Assembly (NCBI GenBank): GCA_047602425.1
Contig: JASGHG010000001.1
Span: forward strand, 3,040,001 to 3,104,000
DNA length: 64,000 nucleotides
DNA from: Nibricoccus sp.
Lineage (GTDB): Bacteria; Verrucomicrobiota; Verrucomicrobiia; Opitutales; Opitutaceae
Direction: 5' to 3'
The translations under genes were made by a program, and so were the position numbers. Shown here one piece after another: positions 1 to 8,586 of this stretch; the first letter of the stretch is position 1, and each line of letters starts with the position of its first letter. The notes under the pieces were generated by a model. That model was not told the origin of the DNA. It ran no database searches and was given only the letters and a program-made list of their open reading frames with translations.

Positions 1-185
1 AGACGTTCCTCCTCCAGCGCCATTACGACGGCTTCCTCAAAAAAGGCCGTATCCGTTCGCGCAACCCAGCGGTGGCCAGCGCCATTGGCGAGGCTGCCGA
101 CATGAAAACCGTGGGCAAACTCTGGGTTGTCCTCGGCGCGCTGTTCCTCACCGGTATCATTGCTTGGGCTGCGAAACATCTGTAA
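1..185 (+). CDS. secY: Preprotein translocase SecY, 3' end (partial)
   Basis: Frame from nt 3 reads TFLLQRHYDGFLKKGRIRSR...KHL*. The RHYDGF motif is typical of the SecY C-terminus, and the position upstream of adk-like/map fits. Confidence 0.9.
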   Translation, partial: TFLLQRHYDGFLKKGRIRSRNPAVASAIGEAADMKTVGKLWVVLGALFLTGIIAWAAKHL

Positions 186-313
186 TCGCGTCCAATTCGT
201 TCTTTACTTTGGTCCGGCAGTCTTCACTTTCTGACCTCTTTTCCGATTTCGGCGCCTTCGCCAAAATTAGAATCCTGTTCCTTGGTTTGCCGAGTTCTCA
301 GACAGAAAACTTG

Positions 314-682
314 ATGAACCAAACCCGTTCTTTGAATATTGAGCACGTCTCTCCCGCTGGTCTGATGCAGCAGGAGATTTCGCGTCGCACCGCTCTCGGC
401 CTCGCTGCCGAAAAAGCGGCCCGTCACGGCAAAACCGTCGACGACGAAACCACGCTTGCGCTGATGCGCCGTTGGTTTTGGGCGCGCAAACCTGATGCGG
501 GATTCGCCCTTACCGGATTCCCGGCTACGCTGCTCCAAGCTAAAGTGTTCGATGAATGGCTCGAAGCCCGCGACGAATCCCTCCACGGAGTGATCGTCGG
601 CACCGAGGTTTCGGCCCGTTCCGTTGTCGAACATTACCGCACGCACGGCCTCGCCATCGAGGCCGACCAAATCGCCGCCTGA
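314..682 (+). CDS. Degenerate adenylate kinase-like protein (start uncertain: TTG209, ATT266 or ATG314)
   Basis: GKTVDDETTLALM and GFALTGFPATLLQA align with Adk GKLVxDE and GFLLDGFPRT. It lies between secY and map. P-loop Lys, catalytic Arg and LID are missing. Confidence 0.75.
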   Translation: MNQTRSLNIEHVSPAGLMQQEISRRTALGLAAEKAARHGKTVDDETTLALMRRWFWARKPDAGFALTGFPATLLQAKVFDEWLEARDESLHGVIVGTEVSARSVVEHYRTHGLAIEADQIAA

Positions 683-683
683 C

Positions 684-1490
684 ATGATCCCGATCAAAAA
701 CAAAGAGGGAATCGCCCGGATGCGAGATGCGTGTGCCGTCGCCGCCTCGGTACTGCAACAGCTCAAACAGCGTGTTGCCCCGGGAATCTCGACGTATGAC
801 TTGGATCAGGCTGCCCGCGAACTCATCGCGCAGCACGGAGCAAAAAGCGCCTGTTACGGCTACCAGATCGGCCACCGCCGATACCCAGCCTACAGTTGCC
901 TCTCGGTGAACGAAGAAGTCGTTCACGGAATTGGTTCGCTAAAACGCATCCTCCGCGAGGGAGACATTATTTCGCTCGATGTCGTCGTTCAGTACAACGG
1001 CTACATCGGCGACAACGCCACCACCGTCAAAATCGGCCAGGTGCAACCCCGGGTCGACGAGCTCTTGCGCGTCACCGAGGAAGCCCTCGCCCTCGGCATC
1101 AAGCAGGCCACGGTCGGAAATCGCATCGGCGATATCTCCGAGTCCGTCCAGAAGTTTGTCGAGTCGCACGGTTTCAGCGTTGTTCGCGAAATGGTCGGCC
1201 ATGGCGTAGGTGTTTCGATGCACGAGGAACCGCAGATCCCGAATTTCCTCGATCGCAAAAAAGCGAAAACCGAACTCATCCGTCCCGGCATGACCCTCGC
1301 GATCGAACCCATGGTCAACATGGGCGGCTACCGCACCCGCACTCTGGCCGATGGCTGGACGGTGGTTACGGCAGATGGTTCCCCCTCCGCCCATTTCGAA
1401 CACACGGTGCTCACGACAGATCAAGGCCCCGAGATCCTCACGATCCCGCGCGCTGTTTCTCCCGCTGCCGCCAAGCCGGCCGCATCTTAA
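684..1490 (+). CDS. map: Methionine aminopeptidase type I
   Basis: SVNEEVVHGI, GHGVG..MHEEP, AIEPM and SAHFEHT motifs. Confidence 0.97.
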   Translation: MIPIKNKEGIARMRDACAVAASVLQQLKQRVAPGISTYDLDQAARELIAQHGAKSACYGYQIGHRRYPAYSCLSVNEEVVHGIGSLKRILREGDIISLDVVVQYNGYIGDNATTVKIGQVQPRVDELLRVTEEALALGIKQATVGNRIGDISESVQKFVESHGFSVVREMVGHGVGVSMHEEPQIPNFLDRKKAKTELIRPGMTLAIEPMVNMGGYRTRTLADGWTVVTADGSPSAHFEHTVLTTDQGPEILTIPRAVSPAAAKPAAS

Positions 1491-1528
1491 TTTTCACTTT
1501 CCAAACTAAACTCTAACTCAAACCAAAC

Positions 1529-1909
1529 ATGCCACGTCTACTCGGTGTAGAAATTCCCGCGAAGAAGAAAGTCGCGTATTCCCTCCGTTACATTTACGGA
1601 ATCGGGCCTCAGCGCGCTGACCAGATCATTCAAGAAGCCAGCATTGATGCCAACATGCGCGCCTCGGATCTTTCCGAAGAGCAGCTCAACAAGATCCTCA
1701 CGATCATCACCGAGCACAAGTGGGTGGTCGAAGGCGATCTCCGCCGCGAGATCACCGGCAATCTCAAGCGCCTCCAGGCGATCAACTGCTACCGTGGTGT
1801 CCGTCACCGCAAGAGCCTGCCCGTCCGCGGTCAGCGCACCAGCACCAACGCCCGTACCCGCAAGGGCCCGCGTCGCACGGTCGGCGTCACCAAAGCTAAA
1901 GAAGCATAA
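1529..1909 (+). CDS. rpsM: 30S ribosomal protein S13
   Basis: [26 protein letters not shown]. Confidence 0.98.
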   Translation: MPRLLGVEIPAKKKVAYSLRYIYGIGPQRADQIIQEASIDANMRASDLSEEQLNKILTIITEHKWVVEGDLRREITGNLKRLQAINCYRGVRHRKSLPVRGQRTSTNARTRKGPRRTVGVTKAKEA

Positions 1910-1921
1910 TCCTTACACGTC

Positions 1922-2521
1922 ATGGCTGAAGAAAAGTCCGCTCCCAAAAAAGCTCCCAAGAAGGAAGCCGCTCCGGCCGCCGCCGGTACCGAAGGCAAGG
2001 CCCCGGCCGCTGAAAAGCCCGTCAAGGCTCCTGCTGCCGAACAGGCTGCCGCACCCGCTGCTACCGACAAACCCGTCGAGCTCATCGGCGGTGTCGCCAA
2101 GCAGCCCACCGCTGAGGACCTCCTCAAGGAAGAACTGGGCACCATCAAGGTCCGCAAGGCCAAGGGTTCCAAGAACGTCACTTCCGGCGTCGCCCACATC
2201 CTCGCTTCTTTCAACAACACGATCGTCTCCATAACCGACGCCAAGGGCCAAGTCATCGCCTGGTCCAGCGCCGGCAAGTGCAACTTCCGCGGCTCCCGTA
2301 AGTCCACCGCTTACGCCGCTCAGGTCGTCGCCCAGGATGCCGCCCGCAACGCCATGTCCCACGGACTCAAGGACGTTGTCATCGAAGTCAGCGGTCCCGG
2401 CCTCGGTCGTGATTCCGCCATCCGTGCCCTCCAGGCCATCGGCCTCGAAATCGTATCGATCGTCGACGTCACGCCCGTTCCGCACAACGGCTGCCGCTCG
2501 CGCAAACGTCGTCGCGTGTAA
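1922..2521 (+). CDS. rpsK: 30S ribosomal protein S11 with long Ala/Lys/Pro/Glu N-terminal extension
   Basis: [34 protein letters not shown]. Confidence 0.98.
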   Translation: MAEEKSAPKKAPKKEAAPAAAGTEGKAPAAEKPVKAPAAEQAAAPAATDKPVELIGGVAKQPTAEDLLKEELGTIKVRKAKGSKNVTSGVAHILASFNNTIVSITDAKGQVIAWSSAGKCNFRGSRKSTAYAAQVVAQDAARNAMSHGLKDVVIEVSGPGLGRDSAIRALQAIGLEIVSIVDVTPVPHNGCRSRKRRRV

Positions 2522-2536
2522 GCGCGCTTCGCACGC

Positions 2537-2570
2537 GATCTGAAATCACAAATCTCAAATCTAAAATTTT
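2537..2570. repeat. Heptamer tandem array (consensus AATCTCA)
   Basis: gatctga-aatcaca-aatctca-aatctaa-aatttt, ending 6 nt before the rpsD ATG. Confidence 0.7.
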
Positions 2571-2576
2571 CCCGCC

Positions 2577-3188
2577 ATGGCTCGTTATACCGGCCCAACC
2601 ACCCGAATCAGCCGCCGTTTTTCCCAGCCGCTCTTCGGCGCCACGAAGGCATTCGAAAAACGCAACTATCCTCCCGGCCAGCACGGCCCCAAGCTCCGTC
2701 GCAAACTCTCCGAGTACGCCGTCGGCCTCAACGAAAAGCAGAAGCTCCGTTACATCTACGGCCTGCTTGAACGCCAGTTCCGTCGCGTCTTCGAGATGGC
2801 CAAACGCGAACGCGGCGTCACCGGCGAACGCTTCCTCCAACTCCTCGAGACCCGTCTCGACAGCGTTGTTTATCTCCTCGGCCTCGCCAAGTCCCGCGCT
2901 GCCGCCCGCCAGTTCGTCAACCACGGCCACATCCGCGTCAACGGCCATAAGGTCGACATCGCCAGCTACAACGTCCAGGCCGGCGACGAGATCGAGGTCA
3001 AGAACACGCCCGGCTCCCGTCAGCTCGCCACGCGCTGCCTCGAAGAAAACCGCGCTCGCAACGTTCCCGGCTGGCTCACGCTCAACGCCGAAGCCTTCAA
3101 GGCCACTGTCAATCGTCTGCCTAACCGCGACGAGATGGAGCCCGGCATCAACGAACAGCTCATCGTCGAGTTCTATTCTCGCTTCTGA
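2577..3188 (+). CDS. rpsD: 30S ribosomal protein S4
   Basis: MARYTGP, PPGQHG, LETRLDSVVY, QLIVEFYSR. Confidence 0.98.
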   Translation: MARYTGPTTRISRRFSQPLFGATKAFEKRNYPPGQHGPKLRRKLSEYAVGLNEKQKLRYIYGLLERQFRRVFEMAKRERGVTGERFLQLLETRLDSVVYLLGLAKSRAAARQFVNHGHIRVNGHKVDIASYNVQAGDEIEVKNTPGSRQLATRCLEENRARNVPGWLTLNAEAFKATVNRLPNRDEMEPGINEQLIVEFYSRF

Positions 3189-3246
3189 GCCAGTTCGTCT
3201 CTAACCCAAACCTCTTCTCATTCCTTAACCTGCAGAGTTCATCGCC

Positions 3247-4248
3247 ATGCCAAAACGTCTCGGAAAGTTCGAACTCCCCTCAAAGCTCACCAAAGTCGAG
3301 GAAGGCGCTACGCCGACCTACGCCAAGTTCGTCGCAGAACCCTTCGAGGCCGGTTACGGCCACACCATCGGCAATTCCCTTCGCCGCGTCCTGCTGAGCT
3401 CCATCGAAGGTTCAGCCATCTCCTCGATCAAAATCGAGTCCGTCAACCACGAGTTCCAGAGCATCGATGGTGTCGTTGAAGATGTCACCGACATCGTTCT
3501 CAACCTGAAGAAAATCCTCATCGTCTCACAAAAACGCGAACCCGTCACGCTGTCCATCAAGGTCAACCGTGAAGGTCCCGTCACCGCAGCCGACATCCAA
3601 GCCGATCCCGCCATCCAGATCATCAATCCCGAGCAGGTCATCTGCACCCTCGATAAAGCCCGCACCTTCGAGGCCGAGATCGAGATCAAGACCGGCCGCG
3701 GCTACTATCCCGGCGAACAGAACAAGAAGGAAGACCAAGCCATCGGCGTCATCCCGATCGATTCCCTCTTTAGTCCGGTTCGGCTCGTGAAGTACGCGGT
3801 TGAAGCGACTCGCGTTGGCCAGATCACCGACTACGACAAGCTCAACCTCGAAGTCTGGACCGACGGCCGCATCACACCGGACGACGCCCTCAAGCAGTCC
3901 GCCTCGATCCTCAAGCACCACCTCGACGTCTTCGATCGCGTCAGCGACGAGTCCTTCGAATTCGAAAGCCAGCAGAGCGAAGTCAGCGAAGAGCAGAACA
4001 AGCTCCGCAAGCTTCTCAACATGTCGGTCAACGAAATCGAGCTCTCCGTCCGCGCCGCGAACTGCCTGAACAACGCCAACATCACCACCGTCGGCGAACT
4101 CGCGATGAAGACCGAGCAGGAGATGCTCAAGTACCGCAACTTCGGCAAGAAGTCCCTCAACGAAATCAAGGAAAAGCTCGAAGCCCTCGGCCTCTCTCTC
4201 GGCATGAAGTTCGACGAGCGCCTCCTCGACAACAAGAAGGAAGCCTAA
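3247..4248 (+). CDS. rpoA: RNA polymerase subunit alpha
   Basis: GYGHTIGNSLRRVLLSS, ELSVRAANCL, NFGKKSLNEI. Confidence 0.98.
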   Translation: MPKRLGKFELPSKLTKVEEGATPTYAKFVAEPFEAGYGHTIGNSLRRVLLSSIEGSAISSIKIESVNHEFQSIDGVVEDVTDIVLNLKKILIVSQKREPVTLSIKVNREGPVTAADIQADPAIQIINPEQVICTLDKARTFEAEIEIKTGRGYYPGEQNKKEDQAIGVIPIDSLFSPVRLVKYAVEATRVGQITDYDKLNLEVWTDGRITPDDALKQSASILKHHLDVFDRVSDESFEFESQQSEVSEEQNKLRKLLNMSVNEIELSVRAANCLNNANITTVGELAMKTEQEMLKYRNFGKKSLNEIKEKLEALGLSLGMKFDERLLDNKKEA

Positions 4249-4264
4249 CCGCGCGTTGCGCGGC

Positions 4265-4351
4265 AAACGCCAATACTCAAACGCCAAATTTCAAAAAATC
4301 CCAATCTTCCGACTGTCTTTTGGCATTTGGAATTTTGGGATTTGAGATTTT
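4265..4351. repeat. Inverted pair of heptamer arrays
   Basis: Left arm aaacgcc-aatactc-aaacgcc-aaatttc; right arm tttggca-tttggaa-ttttggga-tttgaga. Confidence 0.7.
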
Positions 4352-4360
4352 AACCCAATT

Positions 4361-4420
4361 TTGGCTCTCGCGCCGTCCGTGTTGCGCAACGCTGCGACCG
4401 GAAAGCCGATCGGGGGCCAA
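4361..4420 (+). promoter_or_regulatory. Candidate structured leader upstream of rplQ
   Basis: Closing stem TTGGCTCTCG/CGGGGGCCAA enclosing small hairpins, ending 16 nt before the ATG. Confidence 0.4.
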
Positions 4421-4436
4421 CCAATAAACAAATACA

Positions 4437-4940
4437 ATGCGTCATAACAAACATCGTGCCTCCCTCGGCGTGACTCGCGAACACCGCGAAGCCATGCTCT
4501 CCAACCTTGCCGCCTCGCTCATCCAGCACGGCCGCATCAAAACCACGCTGACGAAGGCCAAGGCCCTCCGTCCCTTCATCGAGAAGCTCATCACCAAGGC
4601 CAAGAAAGCCGCGGCGAAGACCGAGAAGAAGGACGCCCTTCACCTGCGCCGTCTGGCCCATGCCGACCTTCGCGACGAGAACGCCCTTACCGCTCTCTTC
4701 AACGAGAAGCACAAGGAGTTCACCAACCGCAACGGCGGCTACACCCGCATCTACAAGCTCGGCGCGCCCCGTCTCAACGACGCCGCCGAAATGGCCCTGA
4801 TCGAATTCGTGAAGGCCGACGACACCGGCTACAAAAAGAGCAAGCGCAAGTCCGGCAAGAGCAAGAAAGCTGCCGCTGCCGAAGTCGCTCCTGCGGCTGA
4901 AGCGCCCGCCGCTCCCGCCGAAGGCCAGGCTCAAGCCTAA
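4437..4940 (+). CDS. rplQ: 50S ribosomal protein L17
   Basis: MRH..LG...HR.AML.NLA.SLI.HGRIKTT; RNGGYTRIYKL; Lys/Ala-rich tail. Confidence 0.98.
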   Translation: MRHNKHRASLGVTREHREAMLSNLAASLIQHGRIKTTLTKAKALRPFIEKLITKAKKAAAKTEKKDALHLRRLAHADLRDENALTALFNEKHKEFTNRNGGYTRIYKLGAPRLNDAAEMALIEFVKADDTGYKKSKRKSGKSKKAAAAEVAPAAEAPAAPAEGQAQA

Positions 4941-4965
4941 GCTCTGGATCTTCTTACGATTTACG

Positions 4966-4997
4966 ACGCGCCGAAGGAAACTTCGGCGCGTTTTTTT
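4966..4997 (+). terminator. Intrinsic terminator of the alpha operon
   Basis: ACGCGCCGAAG-GAAA-CTTCGGCGCGT followed by a T-run. Confidence 0.9.
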
Positions 4998-5126
4998 GCG
5001 CCTCCTGGAAATGGAGACTTATCCAACTCCACGTTTAGGACGATATTTGTTGGAGGCGCTTAAAATCGCCTTCAACTCGGAGGAACCGTTTGCTCTGCTC
5101 CTATAACTCAGGCACTTTTTAACTGG

Positions 5127-5351
5127 ATGGATTTCGTTACCGCCACCGTCATCTTCTGCCTCGTTGTCGCCGTGATTTTTCTCGGCCTGTGGCTGTTTTA
5201 TGACCGACGGGACTACGCACTCTTCGAACATGCGCGCAAGAAATCCACGTTCTGCTGCATCCGTTGCCAGCATCTTTATTGGGCAGCCGGTCGACCCGAT
5301 GTCGGCAAGTGCCCCAAGTGTGGCCACGAGAACGCCCGCCTGAAGTTCTGA
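5127..5351 (+). CDS. Small membrane-anchored zinc-ribbon protein
   Basis: N-terminal hydrophobic helix, then CIRC...CPKC. Confidence 0.75.
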   Translation: MDFVTATVIFCLVVAVIFLGLWLFYDRRDYALFEHARKKSTFCCIRCQHLYWAAGRPDVGKCPKCGHENARLKF

Positions 5352-5406
5352 CGAAATCCACCCCGTCAGCCTGGCCATTTCGGGATGCCTTCGCTGTTTC
5401 ATTTGA

Positions 5407-5528
5407 ACAGAAGAGAACAAAGGTAACGAAGCGCTTTCCGTGGAAGTCGCCTCCCCATTCCCAGCACTCAGCGTGGAAACTGGTCGGAGAAAAACCGGAG
5501 CCGCTTCGTTACCTTCGTTCTCTTCTGT
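5407..5528. repeat. 27-bp inverted repeat with ~9-nt internal periodicity
   Basis: acagaagagaacaaaggtaacgaagcg (5407-5433) vs cgcttcgttaccttcgttctcttctgt (5502-5528); one mismatch. Confidence 0.9.
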
Positions 5529-5581
5529 AAAATGGATCGATCAATTTAGTCTCTCTTGTGGCAGGTTTTCCATCCCACGCA

Positions 5582-5611
5582 TTGACACCCCCGCTGCCGC
5601 TCTGGCAGGTT
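5582..5611 (+). promoter_or_regulatory. Putative sigma70 promoter for guaA-his
   Basis: TTGACA-N18-CAGGTT. Confidence 0.4.
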
Positions 5612-5649
5612 TTTCGTTTCTTTCAATTTACCGGCCTCGCCGATTTTCC

Positions 5650-7188
5650 ATGCCACAGACCATCGCTGTCCTAGATTTTGGTTCGCAATTCACCCAGGTC
5701 ATCGCCCGCCGTATCCGCGAGTGTCAGGTGTACTCGAAAATCTACCACTACTCGACGCCGGCGTCGCAATTGAAGGCTGACGGCGTCATTGGCGTGATCT
5801 TCTCCGGCGGTCCGCAAAGCGTGTATGGCAAGGAAGCCCCGCATCCTGACCGCGCCGTTTTCGATCTCGGCGTGCCGATCCTCGGCATCTGTTACGGCCT
5901 GCAACTCATGGGCCACTTTCTCGGCGGCAAAGTCGCCAAGGGCGAGCGCCGCGAGTACGGACACGGTACACTCGAAATCACCAAAAAAAGCCCGCTCTTC
6001 AAAGGCCTGCCAAAAAAACTGAAGGTTTGGAATTCCCACGGCGACAAACTCGTCAAGGTCCCCGCCGGCTTCCAAGCCGTCGCGCGTACGGAAAATTCCG
6101 AGTACGCCGCGATGGAAGACAGCGAGCGCCAGTTTTACGCGCTGCAATTTCACCCGGAAGTTTTCCACAGCGAGCGCGGCATCGAGGTCATTCGTAATTT
6201 CCTCGTCGGCATTTGCGGCTGCAAAGGCGATTGGTCCACGGCCAATTTCATCGAGCGCAAAATCGAGGAGATCCGCGAAACCGTCGGCAAGTCCCGCGTC
6301 ATCCTCGGCCTCTCCGGCGGCGTCGATTCCTCCGTCGCCGCGGCCCTGATCCACAAGGCCATCGGCAAGCAGCTCACGTGCGTTTTTGTCGATAACGGTT
6401 TGCTTCGGAAAGGCGAACGCGAATACGTCATCGATCTCTACAAGCGCAATTTCAAGATCGATCTGCGCGTTGCCGACTCGGCCGATCTGTTCCTTAAGAA
6501 ACTCAAGGGCGTCAGCGAGCCGGAGCAGAAGCGCAAGATCATCGGCCGAACCTTTATCGAGGTTTTCGAAAAGTCGCTGAAATCGATTGGTCACGCCGAT
6601 TTTCTCGGTCAGGGCACGCTTTATCCTGACGTGATCGAGAGCGTGACCATCGGCAACAATCCCGCCTCGCTGATCAAGAGCCACCACAACGTCGGCGGTC
6701 TGCCCGAGCGCATGAAACTCAAGCTGCTCGAGCCGCTCCGCGAACTTTTCAAGGACGAGGTGCGGGCGGTTGGTTCGGCTCTCGGCCTCCCGCGTGAAGT
6801 CGTCTGGCGCCAGCCATTCCCGGGCCCTGGCCTCGGCGTTCGCGTCATTGGCGACATCACGAGCGATAAACTCGAAATCCTCCGCAACGCCGACGCCATT
6901 CTCCACGAGGAAATGATGAAGTCCGAGTGGTACTGGAAAGTCTGGCAGTCGTTCTGCGTTTTCCTCCCGGTAAAATCCGTTGGCGTGATCGGCGACGAGC
7001 GCAACTATGCCTACGTCATTGCCGTCCGTGTGGTCGAGAGCATCGATGCCATGACCGCTGACTGGACGCGCCTGCCCTACGATCTTCTGCAAACGATCTC
7101 CAACCGCATCACCAACGAGGTGCGCGGTGTCAGTCGTGTGGTTCTGGACATTAGTTCGAAACCGCCTGCGACGATCGAGTGGGAATAA
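5650..7188 (+). CDS. guaA: GMP synthase (glutamine-hydrolysing)
   Basis: [44 protein letters not shown]. Confidence 0.98.
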   Translation: MPQTIAVLDFGSQFTQVIARRIRECQVYSKIYHYSTPASQLKADGVIGVIFSGGPQSVYGKEAPHPDRAVFDLGVPILGICYGLQLMGHFLGGKVAKGERREYGHGTLEITKKSPLFKGLPKKLKVWNSHGDKLVKVPAGFQAVARTENSEYAAMEDSERQFYALQFHPEVFHSERGIEVIRNFLVGICGCKGDWSTANFIERKIEEIRETVGKSRVILGLSGGVDSSVAAALIHKAIGKQLTCVFVDNGLLRKGEREYVIDLYKRNFKIDLRVADSADLFLKKLKGVSEPEQKRKIIGRTFIEVFEKSLKSIGHADFLGQGTLYPDVIESVTIGNNPASLIKSHHNVGGLPERMKLKLLEPLRELFKDEVRAVGSALGLPREVVWRQPFPGPGLGVRVIGDITSDKLEILRNADAILHEEMMKSEWYWKVWQSFCVFLPVKSVGVIGDERNYAYVIAVRVVESIDAMTADWTRLPYDLLQTISNRITNEVRGVSRVVLDISSKPPATIEWE

Positions 7189-7206
7189 TTTTAACCCAAG
7201 TCAGCC

Positions 7207-8499
7207 GTGCGTTTCCTTCAGGCCTCCTCCAAGACATTTCAAAACGACCTCGCCGAATTTTGTCGGGGTTCAATTGTTCCGAAGGAGATTTCTGACAGCG
7301 TCGCTGCGATTCTCGCCGACGTCCGTGCGCGTGGTGACGAAGCGGTGGTCTATTATGCCGCGAAATTCGACGGCGCCAAGCTCCGGGCCCGCGAAATTCG
7401 CGTGAAGCCGGCCGAACTCGCCGCTGCCGCCAAATCGCTGTCCGCCGCCGACCGCAAAGCGATGGTCGAAGCGCACGCCAATATCGTCACCTTCAACAAA
7501 AAGAGCCTGCCCGAAAACTGGCTGGGCAAAAACAAGCAAGGCGCCGAAGTAGGGGAGAAGTTCGACCCGATCCGCCGTGTCGGTCTCTACGTCCCCGGCG
7601 GCCAGGTGCCGCTCGTTTCGACCGTGCTCATGACTGCTACGCTGGCGAAAATCGCCGGTTGCCCGGAGATCGCCGTTTTCACGCCGTCCGACGCCTCGGG
7701 CAAAATCGCCCCCGGACTTCTTGCCGCATTGGAATTGGTAGGCATCGACGAAGTCTACCGCATCGGCGGCGTGCAGGCCATCGGAGCAATGGCCTACGGC
7801 ACCGCGAGCATTCCGGCGGTCGACAAAGTTTACGGTCCCGGCAATGCCTATGTCTGCGAGGCGAAGCGCCAGGTATTTGGCACGGTCGGCGTCGATTCGC
7901 TGCCCGGACCGAGCGAAGTGATGGTCATTGCCGACGACACCGCGCGCGCGGATTTTGTCGCGGCCGACTTGTTGGCACAGGCCGAACACGGCTCCGGCCG
8001 CGAAAAGATTTATCTCATCGCCACGTCGCAGGTAATCGTCGACGCGATCATGGCTGAGGTGAAATCGCAGCTGCAGATCATTTCGCGCAGCGAGAAAACC
8101 CAGAATGTGCTGAACAGCGGTTTCCTCGCGGTCGCGGTCGATTCGCTCGCGCAGGCGACCGAGATCGCAAACTACGTTGCGCCGGAACATCTCGAACTGA
8201 TTGTTGCCGAATCGGCCGAGGGAAAGCTTTTGAAAGAAATCACGACTGCGGGCGCGATCATGCTCGGCAACCACACACCGACGGCGCTCGGCGATTTCAC
8301 TGCCGGCCCGAGCCACGTGCTGCCGACCGGCCGCGCAGGACGTTTCTTCAGTGGATTGCGCGTAGCGGATTTCCAACGCCGTACGAGTATCATCCGCTAC
8401 AGCAAAACCACGGTGAAAAAAGGCAACGAAGTCGTCGCCGCCTTCGCCGCGATGGAACGCCTCGACGCCCACGGCCGCTCGGTGAAGATTCGGACGTGA
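7207..8499 (+). CDS. hisD: Histidinol dehydrogenase
   Basis: GLYVPGG, GPGNAYV, GPSE, DLLAQAEH, APEHLEL, GPSHVLPT. Confidence 0.97.
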   Translation: MRFLQASSKTFQNDLAEFCRGSIVPKEISDSVAAILADVRARGDEAVVYYAAKFDGAKLRAREIRVKPAELAAAAKSLSAADRKAMVEAHANIVTFNKKSLPENWLGKNKQGAEVGEKFDPIRRVGLYVPGGQVPLVSTVLMTATLAKIAGCPEIAVFTPSDASGKIAPGLLAALELVGIDEVYRIGGVQAIGAMAYGTASIPAVDKVYGPGNAYVCEAKRQVFGTVGVDSLPGPSEVMVIADDTARADFVAADLLAQAEHGSGREKIYLIATSQVIVDAIMAEVKSQLQIISRSEKTQNVLNSGFLAVAVDSLAQATEIANYVAPEHLELIVAESAEGKLLKEITTAGAIMLGNHTPTALGDFTAGPSHVLPTGRAGRFFSGLRVADFQRRTSIIRYSKTTVKKGNEVVAAFAAMERLDAHGRSVKIRT

Positions 8500-8505
8500 G
8501 TGGAG

Positions 8506-8577
8506 GGTCACGAAAAGACCCAAGAAACCGCAAAAAGAGGTTTCCGTTTTTCGTGCCCTTTTGTGATTTTTGTGGCC
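8506..8577. repeat. Imperfect inverted repeat of 9-10-nt CACRAAAA-like units
   Basis: ggtcacgaaaagacccaagaaaccgcaaaaa vs tttttcgtgcccttttgtgatttttgtggcc; fills the hisD-hisC gap. Confidence 0.65.
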
Positions 8578-8586
8578 AATCAATTC

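Noticed and set aside
5352..5649. Purine riboswitch upstream of guaA
   Set aside because: No purine aptamer consensus; the structure is explained by the 27-bp inverted repeat.
5440..5649. Upstream in-frame extensions from the ORF track (guaA, also hisC, hisH, prlC, GH51)
   Set aside because: The extensions run through repeats, terminators or promoters; homology starts at the downstream ATG/GTG.
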